DNA of 63,886 nt, counting the filler, from Lenisia limosa (Eukaryota; Protista; Breviatea): the NCBI GenBank assembly GCA_001655205.1. It is 10 parts of 10 records of this genome, joined end to end, with 100 filler letters (N's around TTAATTAATTAA, not from the genome) between each part and the next. Parts side by side here need not be neighbours in the genome. Positions count along the whole stretch, not along the records: positions 24,054 to 26,633 come from LPNZ01005006.1; positions 26,734 to 30,143 come from LPNZ01001232.1; positions 30,244 to 35,287 come from LPNZ01011402.1; positions 35,388 to 52,824 come from LPNZ01002000.1; 6 more parts are not named here. One strand, given 5' to 3'. Shown here piece by piece: positions 24,275 through 35,528 of the stretch (positions are counted from its first letter, which is position 1; every line of letters starts with the position of its first letter). The translations under genes and the position numbers were made by a program. Below the pieces are notes generated by a model, which saw only the letters and a list, made by a program, of their open reading frames with translations, ran no database searches and was not told the origin of the DNA.

Positions 24275-26560
24275 TCTCCCCCAGAGAGAATATTGTGCGT
24301 ATGCTGACGTCATTATCGGGATGCTTCAGTGCCGCGGACCAAAAGAAAATCTCGGATAATTCGTGGGGGTGGGGGTTGCTTCATAGTGTTCTATTTTAAC
24401 CCTCGTGTGTTGTCAGCCAACAGAGTTGATTTTGCCCCCCCCCCCCTCCAATAACAATTCCTTAGGGACGTGAAGCTATCACAGCAGCTTTCTCNNNNNN
24501 NNNNNNNNNNNNNNNNNNNNNNNNNNNNNNNNNNNNNNNNNNNNNNNNNNNNNNNNNNNNNNNNNNNNNNNNNNNNNNNNNNNNNNNNNNNNNNNNNNNN
24601 NNNNNNNNNNNNNNNNNNNNNNNNNNNNNNNNNNNNNNNNNNNNNNNNNNNNNNNNNNNNNCGTTCCCAAATAAATCTCTATTTCTTGATAAATCCTCGA
24701 TAAATATCGATATTTTAACGGTCTTTTTTGGACTGTAGGTAAGTCCTAATATTGTGAATCTGGTTATTAGCGTTGGTTGCTCGTGTTTGTTATTTCTTGT
24801 TTTTTTTTGTTTTTTTTTTGTTTCAGATTATTCGGTTCGTGATGAGTATCTTTACCTCGAAATTTCCTTCGTTTCACTCCCTTACCCCTCAGATCTGAAA
24901 CCGCTCTGAGAGTGAAACTGGGCCTTAAGAACAGTCTAGGCTGCCTCAGCAGGATCAAATCCAATCCCACCAACTCCAAGCGTGAAAGCCCGTGTTGCAA
25001 AGTTAACGAGTTTGATGACTATCTCAGGTCCGTGGGGATTGATTGGATGAATTAAAACATCAAGCTAAAATCCATATGCGGAAAGCACGCAGAAAGCTGT
25101 GTGCACAGAGTTGTAAGGCAAATGGGGTGAATTAACATAATTTTTAAATCCAGTATCTCTTATAAGCGTGATGGTGTTGACGGCATCGGCCCGATACAAC
25201 CTTATTTTTTATTTATCTTCTCTACAAATATGATAATCTCCTGTCGGTGGGAAAAAGAACTTCCGCGAATTGCTTTTGATTTAGTGAATAATCTAAGTTT
25301 ATGTGTCTTCATTTGCTCATGACAATTCTCTCATTTTGTAATTCTTCTAATATCTTGTAGTATTGTTTCTTCTGTTGCTTTTAAATTCATCTTCTACTAC
25401 ACTTCAGTTCAAGTTCTTCTTATGCTTTAGAGCGGAATTTCCAGCGCTACGAACACTGCTCAAAACCGAACCGTTCCCCTAGTTTTTCGTTTTCTTTCCT
25501 TTTTTCAATTCTATTTATTATGATGTGGGCGAGGCTGTGATGTAGCTTCCCCTCTGTGAACAGGACTTTTGGCTGCACCTGGGTAATCCCCCGGTTAGAT
25601 GAAAGATCAGAGGGTAACAACACTTGATCACTAGATCATGTGGATAAAATATGTTAAGTATCAGATGAATAATATGCTTCATCGGCTTTACAATTATTTA
25701 TAACCCTCACCAGGACAATTTTTATTTTTTGGATTAATTGTTCGCCGGCGGGTCTAACTCCGATTTCATCTTCTTTTGTGTCCTACTTTTTTATCAAGGT
25801 CCCTCGTCCTTCACTCTCAGCTTGTTGCGCAGGTCTACTGCTCTGTATTTCAGCCCAAGTTTACAAAATTAAAAAAATTGAAGGTAATAAATGAATGCCG
25901 TCATGACGTCACAGATGAGAACCAGAGAGGAGGACCCGGCGGCGGATCGGGAACAGACAAATATTAGTGTACTAAAACCACCCTGTACCCTAGGCTCCGA
26001 GCGACATCTCCCCATGTGTCAAACTCAAGGGGAGATTTTGGGGGGTCCAGAGTGTTGTAAACCAACAGTGAGCTGAGATTGAGGTGTAAGGCAGAGAACC
26101 AACAACCCTCAATCCCAATATTGCAAAAAAGGTATGAAAAAAAAAAAAAATCGGGGTGGAGCCGGGCTCGATCCTGCGGAGGTGACGGAATGTTAATAAT
26201 TCCTCCGATAAAATTCCTGGTCTGCAATCCTGCAATCTGCAAAGTTGTTGCAAAATCTTCTTGGTTACTTCTTGATCCCTGTCCCTTCACTACACAACAG
26301 ATCACGTCAGAAGAGAGCAAGCAAGCAAGAGAGCTGTCACTACCCTCTCCTTCTCCCTCCCCCAGTAAAACCAATCACCAATCCAAGGATCCACAATTCA
26401 GTGACTAATCCAGGAAGAAATACGATACACGCCTCCTGAGCTAGGGTATACATATAAGCAAGTTCTTTATTCCCCCAGTCCTGAGACTAATCATCACGAC
26501 GATGACGAGTTCATTGCTCATCTTCTTCATGCTTTACACGGCTCTTGCTGTCCAGTGGGG
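24275..26560 (+). CDS. Scattered exons of an unidentified spliced gene fragment
   Basis: AG/GT-bounded open segments, e.g. ENIVRMLTSLSGCFSAADQKKISDNS (~24284-24362) and SETALRVKLGLKNSLGCLSRIKSNPTNSKRESPCCKVNEFDDYL (~24892-25027). No recognisable family. Confidence 0.35.
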
Positions 26561-26870
26561 AGGGAGTGTACTCAGTCCATTCTGAGTGTTTTGCGAACAT
26601 GGATTGTTTATGCGCCCCCCTTTTTTTTTTTTTNNNNNNNNNNNNNNNNNNNNNNNNNNNNNNNNNNNNNNNNNNNNTTAATTAATTAANNNNNNNNNNN
26701 NNNNNNNNNNNNNNNNNNNNNNNNNNNNNNNNNTTTGGGATTGTTATGGCTATTTGGGGTTGTTGGGTGGTTGAAAACTAGTTTTGAAATAGCAAAATTA
26801 TGGACTTGATAGCATGTCTAAACCTCGTAGCTGGGTAAACATCCAAAACCAGGTATATCATAACCATGTT

Positions 26871-26955
26871 GGGCTTCACTTCGGTTCAAAAAAGACCGGT
26901 AAATTTTCCGAATATAGATGAGAAATCCGTCTTTTTTCGAACCGAAGTGAAGCCC
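26871..26955. mobile_element. MITE-like family C (85-100 bp, 17-27 bp TIRs), representative copy
   Basis: GGGCTTCACTTCGGTTC...GAACCGAAGTGAAGCCC(TA). Further full or partial copies at ~24054-24110, 24665-24748, 29352-29455, 30349-30436, 33001-33055, 34438-34533, 35005-35099, 56305-56391, 60155-60250 and 60964-61036. Confidence 0.85.
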
Positions 26956-27006
26956 TAATAATACATGTACATATGATACTTTTTCTATACGCCCCCACCC
27001 CCAAAC

Positions 27007-30000
27007 CTGCGGAGGCCAATGAAGGGCCCAGTCATTTCTGGTCACTCTATTCCAGTTAGCGAGGGCAGCGGTTTGAGCGGTTTTGAGGGCGGCAACTACG
27101 GACGCTTCCAGAGAAGAGAGCCAGGATTCCAGGTTAGAGTTGGTCGGAACTAATGTGTGACTTTTGTAGACGGTATTCCAATGTCTGATTAAATGCATTA
27201 TCTTTCGCTACCAGAAACCCTATATATTGCCCTCGTTTTATGAGGGTCTTGTGAACAGCAAACATACTGCACTAGTTTTATGAGGACTAGAAACAGCCAT
27301 TTAGAAACATCCCCGCCATCATCAGCACTAATTTTTAGCTCCCCGTACCGGGAGGCGATATGAGTAGTAAGTCGCCATCAATGCCCTCCATCGCTGTCAC
27401 GTGCGGTACGGGTGGGGCTGGGAGGTAAGGGGGCGAGTGGAGAGATGATTCGACATACACCATTGACACAGAAGATGAAAATCTTATATTACAACATGAA
27501 AAAGGTCACAGAAGATGAACAAGTTATGCACGATCAAGGACAACTCGAATGAAGTGAAAGATAAAAAAGACCACACAACCCACATCCTCAATACCCCCTA
27601 ACTTCCCAAGTTCTCGACAATAAGACTGCAGGCACCGGGGAAACAAGCCGCCACTGGTCCGGACCATCTAATGATATTTGTTCCGTTGGAGTCTGGGGGG
27701 GGGGGTAAAATTGGAAAATTTATGAAAAGAAAAAAGCCAAAATCAACTCTGTTGGCGGGTACACGAGGGTTGGAAACAACAAAACAAACAAAACCCAGNN
27801 NNNNNNNNNNNNNNNNNNNNNNNNNNNNNNNNNNNNNNNNNNNNNNNNNNNNNNNNNNNNNNNNNNNNNNNNNNNNNNNNNNNNNNNNNNNNNNNNNNNA
27901 AAATGACCTTCACATACTAGCCCCTCCCCCCCGCGCGCGCGTCCCAATAAAGGCTTTCAAACCCACCTGCACGGTTCCAACTTTTTCCAGTGCCAAGCCT
28001 CTGCGCGGTAGAACCTCGGTTATTTGCGTTTGGTGTGACTTGGGTGCCTGAGGGGTTGTAAAATTCCAAAAAAGCACAAAAACTCAACAACAAAACAAAA
28101 CCAGGCCAGTCACTTCTGCAGCAAAAACTAACGGAATTATATTGGTATCACGGACAAAATAATCTGTACTCCAAACAGAAATAGAAAACAATACACACCA
28201 TCAGCAATAACTTAAGAAATCAATACTCCTTCAGATATTAAACTCTCAATATAATACAAATGCCCACATTTACCTGGGGTTGGCGGGCGACTTGCTTCCT
28301 CTGTCTCGGGTATCGGAGTATTGGCTGTGAACGGTGAATGGGTGTCTTGGGGTTGATTGGTTGATTGGCTAATACTACATCCTCAAATGGATATGACATC
28401 GACATCCTCAAATGGATATGACATCGACATCCTCAAATGGATATGACATCAGCAAATGGATATGACATCCTCAAATGGATATGCCATCCTCAAATGGATA
28501 TGACATCCTCAAATGGATATGACATCATGGGCTTAGGGTAAAAGGATTCAGAGTGTTTTCAGTGTTATATAATATACTATATAGAAATACAAAACAAGGT
28601 GTATCTGACTGAAGCCGTCCACATCATCACGCTTATAAATTTATTGAATTATAGTATATCAAATAATGTTAATTCACCCATACTCTTAGATAATATTCCA
28701 ACATCCTGATCGTACGGTCCTGGTCAATTCGACCGTTACATACCTGACTCGGAAGGCATGGATGTGAGCGAGACTGAGGTCAGGTCAATGGCCGAGTTGC
28801 CATGAGAGAGCAGGGAGAGGAGCGCTGGAGGGGCAAGTGTTAAAAATTCAGAAACAAATTCACAGATGGGATGTCATATCTTGTTTGTTTATAAGAGTAA
28901 TCTGTAAGAATGTGAGAAGTGAAAACCTCCACTTCAAGTGAGAGAAGCCCAGATGATGAAAAGGCTTCAAACCTCTTATACACCAACCTCCACAATAACA
29001 ATAACAAAAACAAATACCAATAATAATAATATTAATAATAAGTAGCAATAATAATAATATTAATAATAATAACAATACCCCTTACCGGAGTTGCTGAGAA
29101 GCCAGAACCGCGGGAAGGTGCTCCGTTTGAGGTCCAAATACTGGTCCAAACCTGCCCGGGCCTGGAGTGGTCACTCGAAAGGGTAGAAGAAATTACTTTC
29201 ATTGTTGATGGTTCGGAAAATGAGGTAATTTTCTGTTATATTTTTTTGCTTTAACTTCTCAAAAATTGTATAATGGCAGTGACTGTGTCTGTCCTACCTT
29301 GACCGATAACCAGATTCCTCATCAGAATAATCCGCCAAGATTTTTTCAAAGGGTTTCTCGGTTGGAAAATATACTGAATTTCATCATAAATCCTCGACAA
29401 ATCCTCGATAAATCCTTGACAAATCCTCGCTAATTTTATTGGTCAGTTTTGGACTTCAAAAAGAGTTGATATTACCCAGAGAGACTGACCTTGACCAAGG
29501 TACGGGAGATTTCCTTCAGACTATCGAGCAGTGAAGGGTGGCTTGAGACAAGTGCGGCAAGATGAGGGTTCTTGAGCGACAAGCCTAGGGGAGGGGGGGT
29601 GATGAATTTGAATTAATACAATAAAGTAACCTCAATAATCAACTTTTTCTTACAATATCTCGCAAAAGCAGCTGTTCACACCATTAAACATAAGGGATTT
29701 GATATGTGATATTAAAAAGTAAAACGGTTGTATCTGGCTGAAACCGTCAACACCATCATGTTTATCAAAGATATTGGATAATAGTAAAATACAGATTCAC
29801 CAATCATTTGCCTTACAACTTTGTTTTACTAAATATATGATTTCAAGATTTGGGCTAAGAAGTTATCTTGTTTCTAAAAGCTGCCCTCAACTCATACCTA
29901 TGATACGCTTGAGCTTAGTATCCGCTTCCATGAACCTCCTGCCTTCCTGGGGAATTTGCTGCATAATATCCCCGGACGCTGCAATTTGTCAGAAAATTGA

Positions 30001-30114
30001 CAAATACTATACATAATAGTATGACTATATTGAACCAAAACCACCACTACACCCTACCGAAAATTGGCTGAAGATAGGCCCACAGAGACTGACACGTAAT
30101 CCAGGCCTCCACCA
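27007..30114 (-). CDS. Axonemal dynein heavy chain, internal fragment (linker/DHC_N2 region)
   Basis: Exons VVEAWITCQSLWAYLQPIF|ASGDIMQQIPQEGRRFMEAD, LDQYLDLKRSTFPRFWLLSNS|ALLSLLS, VTAMEGIDGDLLLISPP and NLESWLSSLEASVVAAL...DWALHWPPQ. Confidence 0.9.
27693..27798 (-). repeat. Family B sequence forming the 3' end of a dynein intron
   Basis: Sense strand reads ...CCAACCCTCGTGTACCCGCCAACAGAGTTGATTTTGGCTTTTTTCTTTTCATAAATTTTCCAATTTTAC-C11-AG, ending at the acceptor. Confidence 0.85.
28378..28527. repeat. Intronic minisatellite with 19-25 nt units (core CATCCTCAAATGGATATGA), about 6 copies
   Basis: Abutting tandem units visible directly; no unique spacers. Confidence 0.9.
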
Positions 30115-30243
30115 CCTGATGAAATGAAAAAGGGGGGGGGGGGNNNNNNNNNNNNNNNNNNNNNNNNNNNNNNNNNNNNNNNNNNNNTTAATTAATTAAN
30201 NNNNNNNNNNNNNNNNNNNNNNNNNNNNNNNNNNNNNNNNNNN

Positions 30244-33200
30244 CGCGCAGACGTTGCTCTCGCGCGCAGCCAGCGACGACAACGCCCGAGCCGAGCGCCT
30301 GCAAGAAACTGTCAAGGTGGGGTATTTGTAAAGAGGGGTGTATAATTAGGGCTCCATTTCGGGTCAAAAAAAATACTGAATTTTTCCATAAATCCTCGAA
30401 AACTATCGATATTTTCCCGAGCCGAAGTGGAAGCCTTAGGTATAATGATGGAGGTTACCATTAACAAAAATTAAGGTGCCACTAATATGCTATTAATTTG
30501 TTTTGTAGATATTAATTTACACATTGTGAAACTAAAGAGGCTGATATCGAAAAAACCCCTTGTTGTGTTGTTATCAACCCTCGTGTGTTGTCAGCCAATA
30601 GGGTTGATTTTGGGCTTCTTTTTTTTGTTTCATAAATTTTCCAATTTTACTTNNNNNNNNNNNNNNNNNNNNNNNNNNNNNNNNNNNNNNNNNNNNNNNN
30701 NNNNNNNNNNNNNNNNNNNNNNNNNNNNNNNNNNNNNNNNNNNNNNNNNNNNNNNNNNNNNNNNNNNNNNNNNNNNNNNNNNNNNNNNCCAAACAGGCGA
30801 GGGAAGCCGATATCAAGCGACTTGAGGCTCAATTGGTGAGGCTTTTTCTTGCTGTTTGGGTCCTTTTTGTTTGCATTATTTATATATTCGTGGGTTCTGC
30901 TTTTTGATTATTGTTTTCTGGGCCTTGCTTGTTTTCTTGCTGGCTTGGTCATGATGCTCTTTTCCAGANNNNNNNNNNNNNNNNNNNNNNNNNNNNNNNN
31001 NNNNNNNNNNNNNNNNNNNNNNNNNNNNNNNNNNNNNNNNNNNNNNNNNNNNNNNNNNNNNNNNNNNNNNNNNNNNNNNNNNNNNNNNNNNNNNNNNNNN
31101 NNNNNNNNNNNNNNNNNNNNNNNNNNNNNNNNGTTTTCCTCGTTTTGATAATACTTTTGTATTGGGATTCTTCTTTTGAATTCTGCTTTTTGTAACGGTT
31201 GTTGTTCATAAACTGCCATAAATGCATACAGTGACCGTGATAAGCCTTCACAGGATTAATAAAGGGAAAGCTCAATATCCGTGTCAGGACTTATCGCGGT
31301 CAGTGTGTATTTGATTTACATCTTATGAGATGGTAAAATCCACTTATCAACAGACAAACATACCCACATATAAGCTCAGTAGTTTTCCAAAAATATTTTC
31401 AAGATATTTGCTGTTTGTTCATCCTAAAACAAAGCACTTACCTTATTAGGAAAGTACCCAGAAGGCCCTTTCAACCCTCCAAACGAATGTCAAAACCGCT
31501 GATGCTGATAACCAGGACAAAATCCGTGAATTATCAGAAGCTTTGCGTGCTTCCGAGGTAGAAATGGCAACTCTCCGTCGGGACTTTGACGCCGCTTCTG
31601 CTCGCGAATTGTAGGGGGGTGATAAGAAATCTCTGAAGATTTCTGTGTGTTTCAAATATTCCTTTTTTTGTGTATATTTTTGTGTTTTTGTTTGCTTTTT
31701 TCTGCTCTGCAACTGGCCTGGGATTTGTTTGCTTTGCTGTTATCAACCCTCGTGAGTTATCAGCCAACAGAGTTAGTTGATTTGGGCTTTTTTTGTTTCA
31801 TAAATTTTTCCTATTTTACTCCCAGTAACAGAATTGATTTTGGGTCTTTGTTCCCTCCCATAGATTCTCCATTTTCACTCCCAGATTCCAATTTTACTCA
31901 CCCCCCCCCCCCNNNNNNNNNNNNNNNNNNNNNNNNNNNNNNNNNNNNNNNNNNNNNNNNNNNATCAAATGAAAACAATCAAGTTAGAACTTTCCGAGCA
32001 ACTGAAAAATGCCAACGTGGACCACTCCAATCAAATTAAAACCCTGCAATCTGACCACTCTGAGCAAATGAAGACGCTACAATCTGACCACTCCCAACAA
32101 ATCAAGTCGGCACGGGATGAGCACCACGAAGCCCTCGCGGCTCTGAATCGCGACATACAAGACCTCGCTCAGAAGGGNNNNNNNNNNNNNNNNNNNNNNN
32201 NNNNNNNNNNNNNNNNNNNNNNNNNNNNNNNNNNNNNNNNNNNNNNNNNNNNNNNNNNNNNNNNNNNNNNNNNNNNNNNNNNNNNNNNNNNNNNNNNNNN
32301 NNNNNNNNNNNNNNNNNNNNNNNNNNNNNNNNNNNNNNNNNNNNNNNNNNNNNNNNNNNNNNNNNGACGATCTTAGATCTAAAGAAGACCGGATTTCCAC
32401 GATAGTGGCCGACAACGAAGAATTAAAGGGGAACCTCGGGGTGCTTGAGGGCAAATGTGCTACTCTCTCGGCCCAACTGTCTGCCTCGGAGGTGGGGGGT
32501 ATAATTATATGCGCAAAATTTGACTGTCTGACAATTCTGTTGTACATTTGATAACAATCCCACCTCCTCCTAAATTTCGGGCTTTTTTGTTTTTGTTTCA
32601 TAAATTGTCGTACGCTTGGAGTGATGGATGCGGTGCTGCAGAATCGACTGGCTGGGCTTTGTTTGTTTTGTTGTTNNNNNNNNNNNNNNNNNNNNNNNNN
32701 NNNNNNNNNNNNNNNNNNNNNNNNNNNNNNNNNNNNNNNNNNNNNNNNNNNNNNNNNNNNNNNNNNNNNNNNNNNNNNNNNNNNNNNNNNNNNNNNNNNN
32801 NNNNNNNNNNNNNNNNNNNNNNNNNNNNNNNNNNNNNNNNNNNNNNNGGAGAATAAGGAAGCACGCGAGACCTTCGTATGGGGGTTGTTGGAGGGCGCTC
32901 CTTCATTCTTTTGTTTTGTTTTTGTTTTTTTGTTTTGTTTTCGTTTTCGTTCTCTATCTTTTATCCTCATACAAGAACACCCTCCCCCCANNNNNNNNNN
33001 CCGAATTTCTTGATAAATCCTAGATAAATATCGATATTTTACCGGTCTTTTTCAGACACCAGCAAAGCCCTTGATATTCTTGTATTTTCCCCAAATGCTG
33101 TAATTCCCCCACCATACACACTTCATACTCCCCTCACGCGCAGACGTTGCTCTCGCGCGCAGCCAGCGACGACAACGCCCGAGCCGAGCGCCTGCAGGAA

Positions 33201-35287
33201 ACTGTCAAATCACGTGAAGCCGATATTGCGCGTCAAAACGGCGTGATTGTGGGGGGGGGGGGCTTTTATTATTATTATTTGTTTCCAATTTTACTAAATA
33301 GATGGAACTCCAATCTTCTGGCAAATCTGTTGAGGCCAAAACCAATGAAACTATCACATCCCTCTCCGAGACGGTGACGTCCCTGCAATCCGAGCTAAGA
33401 ACCTGCGAAATCAACCTTCAGTCCCAACAGACAAAGCTGGAAGCTGCACTGAAAGATGCGAGTGACGCTAACGCCAGGGAACAGTAGGGAGGGTGTAGAA
33501 GCAGGTCTCCAAACCAAATTCATTACGTAATCTTAACCGAGCCTCAAATCCATGAATTTTGGTCAAGAGAAGTCAAAATCTGTACCCCAAATCCATGGGA
33601 AAATCCTTACACTCCGAGGTTTCATTCTGGTTTAGCGGCCTGNNNNNNNNNNNNNNNNNNNNNNNNNNNNNNNNNNNNNNNNNNNNNNNNNNNNNNNNNN
33701 NNNNNNNNNNNNNNNNNNNNNNNNNNNNNNNNNNNNNNNNNNNNNNNNNNNNNNNNNNNNNNNNNNNNNNNNNNNNNNNNNNNNNNNNNNNNNNNGGACT
33801 CAACCCTCAAAGACGCTAATAATATTGCTGAAAAGGTATGGGGGGGGGGGGGAGTTGATTTGGACTTTTCTGTTTCATAAATTATCCAATTGTCAGTGGA
33901 GTGATGGGATGCGGTGTTGCAGAAGCGACAGGCCTGGTCTTTGTTTGTTTTATTGTGATCAACCCTTGTGTGCTGTCAGCCGACATAATTGATTTGGGCT
34001 TTTTTTTGTTTCATAATTTTCCAATTTTACTCCCCCCCCCCTCCCCAGGCCAGAAAAGAGGCATCCGAAGCGACAAACGAGGTGAAACGCGAGCTAGGGG
34101 CCCAAATAAATGAACTAAACCTTGAAAAGTCCCGACTCCTTCGGGCTGTTACCGAGGTTGGCGGGGGGATACTGTATTGTTGAAACTTCATACATATCAT
34201 GTATACTATATCATTCTGCTAGAACAGAATGAAATTTGGAGCGGAAGGATTTTTTCATGGGTTTGGGGTAGCGATATGGGTATTAATGGATACATTTACT
34301 CTTTTTGTTCTCACAAAAAAATCGAGCTGATTATGGGTTTCTCCACTATTATAAGCTGATTATTGGTTTCTCCATATTATATTAACCTTCCAACTTTAAT
34401 CCCCCCCCCCCCCGANNNNNNNNNNGGTATAATGTTAAGGGCTTCACTTCGTTTCGAAAAAAGACTGCATTTCTCGATAAATCCCCGAAAATTGTCGATA
34501 TTTTACCGTTATTTTTTCGAACAGAAGTGGAGCTTCTTCAAACATTCCCTATTTAAGGTCCTACTGTTTTTACACCCCAGAACATCTCACATGCATCATT
34601 TTCCCTCGCTGCCCCCGTCAATAAGATGGAGGAGACGCTTCTGGATGGACGAGTGGTGGTGCCCCCTTCTGTGGCGTCTCAAAGTTGCTACGCCTATCTT
34701 CACGCAAAGTCCAATTGTTGGCGAGAGGGATATTTTTCTTCTTCTTTTGACCTAAAAACTACATTTATGGAAGCTTCCTTTTGAGATAGTTACCGCTTTA
34801 GGCAAGTTACTCTACCCTTCCAAGAACATTCCCGCCAATGCCCTCCATTCCAAAGTAGGGAGTTACTGGAAACTAACCACAATGTAAGGTCCCTCATCTT
34901 GTTTTTTTTTTGTTATTGTTTTTTGCTATTAGTGATGTTATTGGTGCAATAGTTTTATTACCATCAAAAATGCATCCTCAACCCCCAGATAAATGTCATA
35001 ATTTGGGGTTCCTACGGTCCCAGAAAAGACTGAATATCTCGATAAATCCTCGATAAATATCGATATTTTAACGGTCTTTTTCGGACCGTAGGGAAGCCCT
35101 AGTCATATTTCAGTTTTTTAGATGGCAAATATTGTACAAGTTTTACGCCCCCCTCCCCCCTCTGAGAAACGAGAAATACTCCATTTCACCACTTTTTCAC
35201 AACCGTACATAAATTGTCATTTTTTACCCCTCTTTCCCAGATGACAGATAGCCCGGCCTGGGCGTGTCCACAGCCCATCCTAACGGC
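30244..35287 (+). CDS. Long coiled-coil protein with internal repeats, fragment
   Basis: Heptad-rich E/K/Q/A/L exons, an 11-aa tandem repeat (IKTLQSDHSEQ MKTLQSDHSQQ at ~32035-32100), a duplicated exon TLLSRAASDDNARAERLQETVK at 30251 and 33144, and non-coiled exons at ~34625-34885. Confidence 0.7.
31229..31305. mobile_element. MITE-like family D, copy 3
   Basis: TA-CAGTGACCGTGATAAGCC...GGACTTATCGCGGTCAGTG; arms related to those of copies 1 and 2. Confidence 0.7.
33836..34048 (+). repeat. Complete family B intron (exemplar)
   Basis: GT-ATG-G-run ... TGATGGGATGCGGTGTTGCAGAAGCGAC..GG.CTTTGTTTG...ATCAACCCT.GTGTG.TGTCAGCC.ACA...TTGATTTGGGC...GTTTCATAA.TTTTCCAATTTTACT-C10-T-C4-AG. Homologous segments at ~22193-22265 (inverted), 24398-24450, 27693-27798 (inverted), 28090-28120 (inverted), 30570-30652, 31715-31912, 32575-32675, 55155-55228 and 62505-62530. 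Confidence 0.85.
35005..35099. mobile_element. MITE-like family C, second TIR variant
   Basis: GGGGTTCCTACGGTCC...GGACCGTAGGGAAGCCC(TA), with the shared family core GATAAATCCTCGATAAATATCGATATTTTA. Confidence 0.8.
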
Positions 35288-35528
35288 NNNNNNNNNNNNN
35301 NNNNNNNNNNNNNNNNNNNNNNNNNNNNNNNTTAATTAATTAANNNNNNNNNNNNNNNNNNNNNNNNNNNNNNNNNNNNNNNNNNNNGGGGGGGGGGGGT
35401 CATAGAATGTTCTAAAGGACAAAGGAGAATAATTCTGAAAACAAAAATGGGAGTGAAGATACAGTGACCACGGTTCCTGACACGATTGTCAAAAGGTACA
35501 GCTCATTTGAGTTATTGACTAATCGTGG

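Noticed and set aside
28378-28527. CRISPR-like array
   Set aside because: The units abut without unique spacers, the context is a eukaryotic intron, and no cas genes are present; it is a minisatellite.
32077-32970. 297-aa minus-strand ORF and the many other X-containing ORFs
   Set aside because: They are open only because N runs contain no stops. The real coding exons here are on plus.
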